Positions 25,004 to 33,273 of a stretch of 39,548 nucleotides of DNA are shown in pieces. Position numbers and translations under genes: made by a program. A model generated the notes under the pieces. It ran no database searches and was not told where the DNA came from. It was given only the letters and a program-made list of their open reading frames with translations. Source of the DNA: a virus (lineage: Duplodnaviria; Caudoviricetes); the IMG/VR virus record IMGVR_UViG_3300025875_000064, positions 1-39,548 of that record. One strand, given 5' to 3'. Each line of letters starts with the position of its first letter. Positions within the stretch are counted from its first letter, which is position 1.

Positions 25004-26354
25004 TACCGCAGCAGCAAAGATTGAACTCTCGGAAGTTGACGTTGAGCTGACCTTGCTGGGTTCGCTATTCATCAATGACAGTGCCTTTGAGCATTTCGCC
25101 CCGGCGATCAAAGCCGAGTGGTTTGGCGATCCGCTAGCCAAGTACCTGTTTGAGCAATGCCAGAAGATCAACGACGCGGGCAATAAGCTGACCGCGCCGA
25201 CAATCATGGCCGCGCTGCCGATGGATATGGGCGGCGTGAACCGCGGTGTGTTCTTTGCTCGGGCTTGTGCGTCGGGAGTGCATCCGAGCGCGATCGGCGG
25301 GCTGGTACACACCCTCAAGGATCGATGGGCGCGGCGCTCGCTGGTCGGCATGGCTGATCGGGCCAAAGAGGCGGCGGTGCGCTTCGAGGCTGACCCCTAC
25401 GAGGTCGCGAGCGACTGTCTGGCTGAAATCGACAGCATGATGGAGGTCAAATCCGACAAGGTGGGATCGAGCCTCGCCAGTGCGACAGCAGCGCTGTTCG
25501 ATGACATCAGCGATGCGGACAAACAGAAGGGCGCCACTACCGGGCTGCGCGTTCTGGACAACAAGCTCAACGGCTACCGCCGCGGCCAGCTCTATGTGAT
25601 CGCCGGGCGGCCCGGCATGGGCAAGTCGGCGTTCATGTGTTCCTCCCTGCGGCGAACCGCGCAGAGCGGCGTCGGCGTTGCGATCTTTTCTCTGGAGATG
25701 ACCCGGCAGGAAATCGCCGCGCGGATGCTCTCCGATGCCTGCGACCATGTTCATGCACCCAAGTTCGGGGATATCCTGAAGGGCAACGTTCAGGGCCATG
25801 AGCAAGCGCTTTTTGACGCCAACCAGGTCATTGCCGGTGCGCCGATGCATATCGATGACAGCGCGCGGCTGACCTTCGCCCAGATCGCTGCTAAGTCGCG
25901 CCGGCTGAAGTCGGAAATGGAAGCTGCCGGCCTTACCCTCGGTGTCGTCTGCATCGACCATATGGGTTTGGTGATCCCTTCCGAACGCTATGCCGGCAAC
26001 AAGGTCGCCGAAGCTGGCGAGGTGTCGGGGCGAGCCCGCGCGCTGGCCAAGGAACTGGATTGCTGCGTGGTGCTGCTGTGTCAGCTCTCCCGCGATGTGG
26101 AGAAGCGCGACGACAAGCGCCCGGTGATGTCGGACCTCCGCTGGTCCGGCGAGATCGAGCAGGACGCCCATGTAATCGGGTTCTTGTTCCGTGAGGAATA
26201 CTACCTCGCCCAAGATCCGGATGCCGACCAGGAAGCGCTGCGCAATGCCCGCTGGCAGATGGAATTCCTAATCCGCAAGAACCGCAACGGAGAGACAGCC
26301 GACACGCGGCTGTGGTGCTCCATTGCTCACTCCAGCCTGAGGGACAACGGATGA
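24996..26354 (+). CDS. dnaB: DnaB-like replicative helicase
   Basis: Walker A GRPGMGKS, FSLEM, IDHMGL, QLSR.VE.R.DKRP.MSDLR.SG.IEQDA and KNRNG. Confidence 0.97.
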   Translation: MPDTAAAKIELSEVDVELTLLGSLFINDSAFEHFAPAIKAEWFGDPLAKYLFEQCQKINDAGNKLTAPTIMAALPMDMGGVNRGVFFARACASGVHPSAIGGLVHTLKDRWARRSLVGMADRAKEAAVRFEADPYEVASDCLAEIDSMMEVKSDKVGSSLASATAALFDDISDADKQKGATTGLRVLDNKLNGYRRGQLYVIAGRPGMGKSAFMCSSLRRTAQSGVGVAIFSLEMTRQEIAARMLSDACDHVHAPKFGDILKGNVQGHEQALFDANQVIAGAPMHIDDSARLTFAQIAAKSRRLKSEMEAAGLTLGVVCIDHMGLVIPSERYAGNKVAEAGEVSGRARALAKELDCCVVLLCQLSRDVEKRDDKRPVMSDLRWSGEIEQDAHVIGFLFREEYYLAQDPDADQEALRNARWQMEFLIRKNRNGETADTRLWCSIAHSSLRDNG

Positions 26355-27109
26355 GCCTCGCTGCCATGACCTGGGCCGTTGAGGCCCCGATCGAACGCCC
26401 TACCGCGAAGCTGGCGCTTGTTTGCTTGGCCGATCATGCGGACGAAGATGGGGCCTGTTTTCCATCTCAGAAGGCTTTGGCTGCAAAGGTCGGTGTTAGT
26501 GAGCGGGCCCTCCGTGACGCCCTCGTTTGGCTCGAGGAAAATGGGTTTGTGGTCCGCACGGCGCGGCACCGGAAGGACGGCTCAAGGACCTCTGATGCCT
26601 ACCAACTCCCGCCGGAAGCCTACCGGAAGAATTTTCCCCACCCCCGGAAGGAAACGCAGACCCAACCGGAAAAATCTGCCGGGCTCACTACGTTTGAACC
26701 TGTCACTGAACCTGTCACAGCAGCCGAGCGTCCGCAGGACCTAGTCGAAAAGCTCCTCGACGCCGCAGGCATTCAGGGTAATCCGAACCCCGCTTTGGCA
26801 TTTCCTGGCGAGATCATCGGACTCATGCAGGCCGGGTTCAGTCTCGACGGCGATATCCTGCCTGCGATCCGTGCCAAGCCGAAACCGACCGCACGGACAT
26901 GGGGGTACTTCGTCCCGCAAATTCGAGAAGCGGTAGATCGCCGCAAATCGGCCGCCTCCGTACCCCGCCCAACAGCCAAGACTGTCGATTGGGCTGGTCG
27001 CCTCAAGGCGTACCGGGAGGATGATCTGTGGCCGCATTCGTGGGGGCCGAAGCCAGGCGATTACGGCTGCAAGGTCCCGGCGCACTTGCTCGGCGAGGAA
27101 GCTGCATGA
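26351..27109 (+). CDS. Replication initiator-like protein with N-terminal winged HTH
   Basis: AKLALVCLADHADEDG.CFPSQK.LA......R.....L..LE..GFV; internal repeats. Confidence 0.85.
   Translation: MSLAAMTWAVEAPIERPTAKLALVCLADHADEDGACFPSQKALAAKVGVSERALRDALVWLEENGFVVRTARHRKDGSRTSDAYQLPPEAYRKNFPHPRKETQTQPEKSAGLTTFEPVTEPVTAAERPQDLVEKLLDAAGIQGNPNPALAFPGEIIGLMQAGFSLDGDILPAIRAKPKPTARTWGYFVPQIREAVDRRKSAASVPRPTAKTVDWAGRLKAYREDDLWPHSWGPKPGDYGCKVPAHLLGEEAA
26569..26718. repeat. Putative replication-origin iterons inside the initiator gene
   Basis: CCGGAA at 26569, 26612, 26623, 26644 and 26666; tandem TGAACCTGTCAC at 26695-26718. Confidence 0.6.
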
Positions 27110-27318
27110 TGCCCGTCACCTGGGAAAAGAGCGGCCCCAACCTCAAGCCGGTGTTCTGGTGCGAGGATTGCGGTCAGCCGGCCCACTTCGGTGTGGGCTG
27201 CAATCTCAGGGCAGCGATAGCCCACAAGGACGCGAGCAGGGCGGGGCGATGGTACTGCGGCCGCGTCGGCGGTCGGCCCGCATGCAAGCAGGTTCAACAG
27301 GAGGGACGGGGACAATGA
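27106..27318 (+). CDS. Small Cys-rich hypothetical protein
   Basis: CEDCG.PA.FG.G...GRWYC; ATGA-coupled. Confidence 0.65.
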   Translation: MMPVTWEKSGPNLKPVFWCEDCGQPAHFGVGCNLRAAIAHKDASRAGRWYCGRVGGRPACKQVQQEGRGQ

Positions 27319-27569
27319 GCGAGACACAAGCTGACATTCACAATAGCGAGGCTGGCAAGATCGTCGCTTCCATCGTGCGCCCGCCGCTCGAGGCAGGTGG
27401 GAGCGCGACAGACGTGCTGGTGCTGTTGGAAAGCGTCATCGTAGGCGTTGCTCTGACCGTCATCAAGCTCGGCGGTGATGAGAAGGTTCTCGACGTGGTT
27501 GTTGAGCGCGCACGCGAACGCCTTGCCGAGCTGCGCCTCAAGGGCATCAAGACCGAGGGGAACGGCTGA
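27315..27569 (+). CDS. Hypothetical protein
   Basis: Starts MSETQAD; coupled at both ends. Confidence 0.6.
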   Translation: MSETQADIHNSEAGKIVASIVRPPLEAGGSATDVLVLLESVIVGVALTVIKLGGDEKVLDVVVERARERLAELRLKGIKTEGNG

Positions 27570-27850
27570 TGGAAATCGGGCGCATAAAGGGCTGCACTCG
27601 TGTCATTGGCCGGTCCCAAGGCTATTACGGCCTGCCACTCCGGGACGAGCTTATCAACGACAGCGTGACCGGGCCTGACACGCCGTGCATGGTCACGGCA
27701 TGGTTCCCGACGCCTGACGAGTTGGTCGCCATAAACGCGGGCGCTCCGATCCATTTGCGTGTGGTCGGCATTGGGCATCCGCCAGTCATGCTCGGCGTAG
27801 GGGAAACGCCAGACACCCCGTCCACCCAACCCCGAGAGGGTGAGCTATGA
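27569..27850 (+). CDS. Hypothetical phage protein
   Basis: M.TAW.PTPDEL.A.NAGA.I.L...G..HPPV motif. Confidence 0.7.
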   Translation: MEIGRIKGCTRVIGRSQGYYGLPLRDELINDSVTGPDTPCMVTAWFPTPDELVAINAGAPIHLRVVGIGHPPVMLGVGETPDTPSTQPREGEL

Positions 27851-28185
27851 GCGGGGTGCAGGAGTTCATTGATCAGGCATATTTCCAGCATGGACCCTGT
27901 TGTGGGGGTTGTGACTGGTGGCGGCATCTCAACAGCCGGGTTGGCGAGTGCCAGAGATCAGCGCCGGTGGCCGCCATCGAACGGAACGCGATGCTGGGGA
28001 TCGAACGCTGCAGCATGTCTGGCCTAGGGGCTGGCCATGTTCTGACTAGCAGGGAACACCTGTGCGGCGATTTCAAAGACGACTTCGACTGGTCGTCTCT
28101 GCCGCTCGCGTATCTCAAGCGCATCGGTGCTCCCACCGCCCGCGCCCAAGGCAATCCCAACACCCCCGATGGAGAGACGCAATGA
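27847..28185 (+). CDS. Cys-rich hypothetical protein
   Basis: CCGGCDWW...GECQRSAP...HLCGDFKD. Confidence 0.7.
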   Translation: MSGVQEFIDQAYFQHGPCCGGCDWWRHLNSRVGECQRSAPVAAIERNAMLGIERCSMSGLGAGHVLTSREHLCGDFKDDFDWSSLPLAYLKRIGAPTARAQGNPNTPDGETQ

Positions 28186-28460
28186 GCGATACCTACACCG
28201 GCCTTTTCGTCACATGGATTGAGGACTGGTCGCAGTTCTTCCAGCCCTGCAACTGGTACACCTTCCGCCCCATCTTGGTTGAGTTCGAGGATGACCGCTG
28301 AATGGGCGGTGTCGAGTTTACGGCCATTCTGCTCGGCTTGGGGTTCCGCTTCCGGTGGAACTACGCGCGCACCGAGAAGGTGGACGAAATCAACGCTGCC
28401 GTGGACAGCATCATGCGCGGCGAAACTGCCGTCCGCACCCCCGATGGAGAAGCACAGTGA
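28182..28460 (+). pseudogene. Hypothetical gene interrupted by an in-frame TGA at 28299-28301 (or two tiny ORFs)
   Basis: MSDTYTG...EFEDDR*MGGVEF...PDGEAQ* in one frame, coupled to both neighbours. Confidence 0.55.
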
Positions 28461-28669
28461 GCATGGTGGAGAAGGTCGCGAGGGCGATTGCTGCGGCGGA
28501 TGGCTACGACATCGATGGCTTGCGAGCCCACGCAGAGGCCGGCCAACCGCATGCCAAGGCCGATCTCGCTCAGCTGATGAAGCAAGCAAAAGCGGCCGCG
28601 CAGGCAGTAGGCGACAGCTTTGATGATCCGGTGATCCGCGCCGCCATCACAGCAGCACTGGAGGAATAG
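28457..28669 (+). CDS. Hypothetical protein; paralog of 10217-10402
   Basis: GTG start with GGAG RBS; VARAIAAADGYDIDGL... Confidence 0.7.
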   Translation: MSMVEKVARAIAAADGYDIDGLRAHAEAGQPHAKADLAQLMKQAKAAAQAVGDSFDDPVIRAAITAALEE

Positions 28670-28672
28670 GGC

Positions 28673-28771
28673 ATGGCACCGGAGGCAGCACCCTGGATCA
28701 CTGCCGGCATGTTCCTGCTGTTTGCGGTGGCCTGCTTCATTTGGGACTGGTGGGACAATAGGGGAGAATAG
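28673..28771 (+). CDS. Small single-TM peptide (32 aa, not in ORF track)
   Basis: MAPEAAPWITAGMFLLFAVACFIWDWWDNRGE; RBS GGAGG; exactly fills the gap. Confidence 0.5.
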   Translation: MAPEAAPWITAGMFLLFAVACFIWDWWDNRGE

Positions 28772-28772
28772 C

Positions 28773-29294
28773 ATGGCAGGGCGGCGGGAGAAGTTCATTG
28801 AGGACAAGATGGTGCCGGACCCGTCCATGTCCGATGCTGAGTATTTCCACCAGCGCCAGAAGAAGTCCGGCCCGAACATCGGCAAGGTGTCGGCCAAGGT
28901 GAACATGTCCGAGCTGATCGGCGGGTTCGCTCGGTTCGACAGGCGCACCGAAGCGCAAGAGGCGGCTGCCGCTCGGTATCGCGGCCTTCACGAACGCGCA
29001 CAGATCGGCAGGGCCAGGGCAGTGGACTATGCCGCCGTCAAGGTCGACACATCGGGGCCGACCGAAAACAGGGCCGGGGAGATCGGACAGGACGCGCGGC
29101 GCCGATATGCCGATGCTGTGCAGTTCCTCGGCATCGTCCGTTCCAGCCTGATTGAGCGCATCGTGGTCTATGACGTGCCGGTCAGCAAGATTGCCAAGGG
29201 AAGCCGGGAGCGCGAGCGACTGACGCGGGAGGTTTTTGCGGCTCTGGATGACCTCGCTGTGCACTTCGGTCTCGCCAAGAAGAAGGCCGCTTGA
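28773..29294 (+). CDS. Putative late-gene regulator (Q-position, DUF6456-like)
   Basis: Last early gene before terminase; AVDY...KVD.SG...ARRRY..A...LG...ALD.LA.HFG pattern; RBS GGAG. Confidence 0.6.
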   Translation: MAGRREKFIEDKMVPDPSMSDAEYFHQRQKKSGPNIGKVSAKVNMSELIGGFARFDRRTEAQEAAAARYRGLHERAQIGRARAVDYAAVKVDTSGPTENRAGEIGQDARRRYADAVQFLGIVRSSLIERIVVYDVPVSKIAKGSRERERLTREVFAALDDLAVHFGLAKKKAA

Positions 29295-29348
29295 CGAGCG
29301 GGGCAAAGAATGGCATCAAAGGCATACGCTGGCGCGCTGCGCCGGTTC

Positions 29349-29373
29349 AAGGGCTCGCTTCGGCGGGCCTTTT
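29349..29373 (+). terminator. Intrinsic terminator ahead of the late operon (tR'-like)
   Basis: GGCTCGC-TTCG-GCGGGCC-TTTT. Confidence 0.8.
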
Positions 29374-29434
29374 GCGTTTCTGGCGTAGAACGAAATTGCG
29401 CCACATACCGATCCGATAGAAATGGAATTGCGCG

Positions 29435-29746
29435 ATGGCTGCGAGAGGCCGCAAGCCCGGCTTCGCAATGTCGAATGAGCACCGGGTTAAAATCCAAAAC
29501 AGCAATATCCTCAATGCGCTTATCGAGCACGTCGAGGGTGTTAGAGATATGTCACCATCACAGGTGACCGCCGGGCTTGGTCTGCTGCGCAAAGTCATGC
29601 CGGATCTCGCTGCTGCTGCTGATGTGGATGCAGATGGCGAACTGGCTCCCGTCGACAGGATGACGGATGAAGAACTCGAAGTCATTGCAGCAGGCCGCAG
29701 CGCGGGAATTACTCCGCCGTCGCGCAGCCCGCAAAAGCTTAACTGA
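29435..29746 (+). CDS. Terminase small subunit (putative)
   Basis: Directly precedes and overlaps TerL; MS.SQV.A...LLRKV.PDL motif. Confidence 0.7.
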   Translation: MAARGRKPGFAMSNEHRVKIQNSNILNALIEHVEGVRDMSPSQVTAGLGLLRKVMPDLAAAADVDADGELAPVDRMTDEELEVIAAGRSAGITPPSRSPQKLN

Positions 29747-31220
29747 GTTCGCCCGCTACATCGATGTTCCTGGCGCGCCGGTTACGGAGGCCGAGGACGA
29801 GGAGAACTTCAAGCCCGCGGAAACGCAGCTTGCCACGCATCACGAGCTGATCCTCAAAGCAGCACAGAGGTGCATCGATCAGCCATATGGCCGACTTATG
29901 CTGTTCATGCCTCCGGGGTCGGCAAAGAGCACCTATGGTTCGGTGGTGGTGCCCGCGTATGCGATGGGGACAAAGCCGGGCTATCGTGTCATCGGTGTGA
30001 GCTACGGCTCGGACTTGGCTCGCAAGATAGGGCGAAAAGCTCGGTCTGTTGTGCGGCAAGATCAGTTTCGGGCACTATTCGGCACCGGCATATCTGCGGA
30101 GAGCAGTGCAGCCGATGAATGGGCATTGGAAAGCGGCTCGGAATACATGGCTGGCGGGCTGGTGTCCGGCGCCATCACTGGCAACCGCGCGAACCTCGTT
30201 GTTGTGGATGACCCGATCAAAGGCCGACAGGAAGCCGAGTCCGCGCTGATCCGGCGCCGTGTGGCTGAGGCGTTCGATGATGACGTGAAGACCCGTCTTC
30301 TCCCGGGCGGGTCGATCATGATCATCCAGACGCGTTGGCATGAAGAAGATCTGGCCGGTTCTATTTTGCCGGTGGGGTATGCCGGCGAGAGCGGCGCGAT
30401 CCGCTGCCGTGATGGGCAGGATTGGGAGGTGATCTGCCTCCCGGCCAAAGCCGAGCGCGCTGATGACCCGCTTGGCCGACAGGTTGGTGAATACCTCTGG
30501 CCGGAATGGTTCGATCAGCGGCATTGGGCGCAGTACGAAAGCAAGCCGCGGACATGGGCAAGCTTGTACCAGCAGCGGCCGGCACCGGAGGAAGGCGATC
30601 TATTCCAAGCCGACTGGCTGCGGCCCTATGAGAAAGCGCCAGCAAAAGAAACGCTGACCATCTACGGCGGCTCTGATTATGCCGTGACGGCAGATGGCGG
30701 TGATTACACTGTGCACATGGTTCTCGGGCTGGACGCGCAGAAGCGCATGTGGCTGCTGGACCTGTGGCGCAAGCAGACGAGTTCGGATCAGTGGGTTTCG
30801 GCCTTCTGCGAGCTGGTGCTGAAGTGGAAGCCGGTCGAATGGGCCGAAGAAACGGGGCAGATAAAGAGCGGTGTTGGGCCGTTCCTTGATCGGACAATGC
30901 GGGAGAGCGGCGCCTATGTGGTGCGGCGCACCTTCCCGACGCGGGGCGATAAAGCAGTTCGTGCTCAATCGATCCGGGGCCGCATGGCGCTGGATGGGTT
31001 GTATGTGCCGATAAATGCCCCTTGGTATGAGCAGTTCCGGGCGGAGCTGCTGACGTTCCCAACCGGCCGGCATGACGACCAGGTTGATGCGCTAGGGCTG
31101 ATCGGGCAGTTGCTCGATACGATGTTTGAGCCTCGCGCCGAAGAGAAGCCGAAAGAGCCTGAGCCGCTCGACTGGTTTGAAGAACGCGAAAGCGATGATG
31201 TGGATTGGAAGTTGGCATGA
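29667..31220 (+). CDS. terL: Terminase large subunit (start uncertain by a few codons)
   Basis: MPPGSAKST Walker A, VVVDDPIK Walker B, QTRWHE.DLAG, LYQQRP and nuclease motif HDDQVDA. Confidence 0.97.
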   Translation: MKNSKSLQQAAARELLRRRAARKSLTEFARYIDVPGAPVTEAEDEENFKPAETQLATHHELILKAAQRCIDQPYGRLMLFMPPGSAKSTYGSVVVPAYAMGTKPGYRVIGVSYGSDLARKIGRKARSVVRQDQFRALFGTGISAESSAADEWALESGSEYMAGGLVSGAITGNRANLVVVDDPIKGRQEAESALIRRRVAEAFDDDVKTRLLPGGSIMIIQTRWHEEDLAGSILPVGYAGESGAIRCRDGQDWEVICLPAKAERADDPLGRQVGEYLWPEWFDQRHWAQYESKPRTWASLYQQRPAPEEGDLFQADWLRPYEKAPAKETLTIYGGSDYAVTADGGDYTVHMVLGLDAQKRMWLLDLWRKQTSSDQWVSAFCELVLKWKPVEWAEETGQIKSGVGPFLDRTMRESGAYVVRRTFPTRGDKAVRAQSIRGRMALDGLYVPINAPWYEQFRAELLTFPTGRHDDQVDALGLIGQLLDTMFEPRAEEKPKEPEPLDWFEERESDDVDWKLA

Positions 31221-33133
31221 TCGAGAGTGTCGATTATCACCGCTACCATTCCCGACTGGTCGATATGTTCATGTCGGCGGAGGATCAGGGCGACAAGTCT
31301 CGTCGTGGCGCTGAGCGCGATATCGATTACTATGATGGCAAGCAATGGACCGAACGCGAGGTGCGCGAACTCAAGCGCCGCGGTCAGCCGGCCATCGCCT
31401 TCAACCTAGTTCGCCAGAAGATTGATTTCCTGCAAGGGCTGGAGCGCACGCAGCGCACAGTCCCGAACGCCTTGCCGCGCACACCGAAACATGAGGACGA
31501 AGCCCACGCAGCAACGGACAGCCTGCGCTTTGTGGCCGACACCAACCGCTACAATGAGAAGCGGTCTCGCGTTTGGAAGGATATCTTGACGGCCGGCTGG
31601 GGCGGTATCGAGGTCGTGGTTGAGCAGTCGCCCAAGGCGTTGATGAACTCCACTGCCATGACTGGGCCAGAATGGGACGTGGTGCTGCGGCGTTGCCAGT
31701 GGGACCGCATGTTCTGGGATCCCTACAGCGCCGAGGAAGATTATTCCGACGCCGGTTATCTTGGCCTTGTGCTGTGGATGGATCGCGATGAAGCGGTGCG
31801 GCGGTATGGCGCCGAGGCCTCAGCGGTGTTTGACGAGACAGTCAGCAGCCGCGCAATCGGCAACACGTTCGATGACAAGCCTTCGCAAACATGGGTGCAA
31901 CGTGGGAAGCGCGATCGCATCCGCGTCGTGCAGATGTATTTCATTGGCGATGATGGCCAGTGGGACTTTTGCGAGTTCACCAAGGGCGGCATTCTTTCGG
32001 CTGGCCCGTCTCCCTGGCTTGATGAAGATGGGCAGCGCGAACACCCATATTCCTGGCGTTCGGCTTATGTGGACCGCGACAACAATCGATATGGAGTTGT
32101 CCGTGACTTGATTGATCCGCAAGACGAGGTGAACAAGCGCCGGTCCAAAGCGCTGCACCACGCGACGGTGCGCCAGACGTTCGGAAACTCAATGGCCACG
32201 TCACGCATGACCGAGCGCAAAATGCGGGAACAGTTGTCCCGGCCGGATGGACACCTTGACCTCGCAGCAGGCGCCCAGTTTGGCAAGGACTTCGGCGTCA
32301 TCCCGACCAACGACCAGGCCAGCCAGCAATTCGATTTGCTGCAGCAAGCGCAAAGCATGTTCGAGGTCATGGGCCCGAACGCTGCAATGCAGGGCAAGAA
32401 GGAAGGCAACGAAAGCGGCCGGGCCATCATGGCGCAGCAGCAGGGCGGCGCAATCCAGATGGGCACGCTCACCGACACACTCCGGGAAATGGATCTGGAG
32501 GTTTACCGCAAGGCTTGGCGGCGTATTCGCCAATTCTGGACCGCGGAAACATGGGTGCGTGTCACCGACGATGAGAAGAACCTGCAATGGGTGGGCCTGA
32601 ACAAGCCGGTGATGTCACCTGTCGTGGCCCCATCGCTTGATCCAGCATCTGGGCAGCTCGGCATGATGCCGGTCCCCGACACGATGACCGGCCAGCCGAT
32701 GATGCAGCCCGTGATTGATCCAACGACGGGACAGCCGACCTTGCAGAACTCGGTGGCCGAACTGGACGTGGATATTGAGATTGATGATGCGCCTGACATG
32801 GGCACGCTGCAGCAGGAAGAGTTCTCCAACATGGTCGACCTGGCCCGCGTAGGCGTCGTGTTCCCGCCCAAGGTTTACCTCGCTGCGTCGAACCTTCGGA
32901 ACAAGGGCGACCTGATCCGCATGATGGACGAAGCCGCGCAAGGGCAGGGCCAGCCGGATCCGCTGCAACAAGCCGCGGCAAAGCTCGAACTGGAAGGCAA
33001 GGCTGCCAACAACCAGAAAACGCAGGCGCAAGCCGACCACGTGAAGGCTCAAACGCTCAAGACGGTCACTGATGCGCAGATGAGCGCAATCAACGCAACT
33101 CGACCTCAGCCCCAGCCGATTATCGCAGGCTGA
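31205..33133 (+). CDS. Portal protein, P22-like (start may be ATG 31217)
   Basis: DYYDGKQW...L..RGQP...N, YGVVRDL.DPQ.E.NKR.SK and SGRAI.AQQ; Q-rich C-terminal barrel region. Confidence 0.92.
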   Translation: MEVGMIESVDYHRYHSRLVDMFMSAEDQGDKSRRGAERDIDYYDGKQWTEREVRELKRRGQPAIAFNLVRQKIDFLQGLERTQRTVPNALPRTPKHEDEAHAATDSLRFVADTNRYNEKRSRVWKDILTAGWGGIEVVVEQSPKALMNSTAMTGPEWDVVLRRCQWDRMFWDPYSAEEDYSDAGYLGLVLWMDRDEAVRRYGAEASAVFDETVSSRAIGNTFDDKPSQTWVQRGKRDRIRVVQMYFIGDDGQWDFCEFTKGGILSAGPSPWLDEDGQREHPYSWRSAYVDRDNNRYGVVRDLIDPQDEVNKRRSKALHHATVRQTFGNSMATSRMTERKMREQLSRPDGHLDLAAGAQFGKDFGVIPTNDQASQQFDLLQQAQSMFEVMGPNAAMQGKKEGNESGRAIMAQQQGGAIQMGTLTDTLREMDLEVYRKAWRRIRQFWTAETWVRVTDDEKNLQWVGLNKPVMSPVVAPSLDPASGQLGMMPVPDTMTGQPMMQPVIDPTTGQPTLQNSVAELDVDIEIDDAPDMGTLQQEEFSNMVDLARVGVVFPPKVYLAASNLRNKGDLIRMMDEAAQGQGQPDPLQQAAAKLELEGKAANNQKTQAQADHVKAQTLKTVTDAQMSAINATRPQPQPIIAG

Positions 33134-33143
33134 TCTCGCATAG

Positions 33144-33241
33144 CCGCCGCCGGGCTTAACGGGCGATCGGATAGCTCAGTCCGTAATTGAGCAAGTGCCG
33201 CCGACTTACGGGCGATCACCGCCGCCGGGTGCATCCGGGCG
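33144..33241 (+). repeat. Three imperfect CGCCG...CGGGCG repeats in the scaffold leader
   Basis: CCGCCGCCGGGCTTAACGGGCGATC; GCCGCCGACTTACGGGCGATC; CCGCCGCCGGGTGCATCCGGGCG. Confidence 0.75.
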
Positions 33242-33273
33242 CACGTCAATCCAAACGCATTGGAGTACGTCAA

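Noticed and set aside
25134-26213. 359-aa minus-strand ORF
   Set aside because: Antisense shadow of dnaB in high-GC DNA, with no motifs
28299-28301. Genome-wide TGA recoding or selenocysteine
   Set aside because: TGA is the normal stop in many ATGA-coupled genes here, and no suppressor tRNA or convincing SECIS-like hairpin is visible
30361-31218. 285-aa minus-strand ORF
   Set aside because: Arg/Pro/Ala-rich shadow of terL
33144-33241. Mini-CRISPR array
   Set aside because: Repeats are imperfect, the gaps are irregular (about 28 nt and 1 nt) and there are no cas genes
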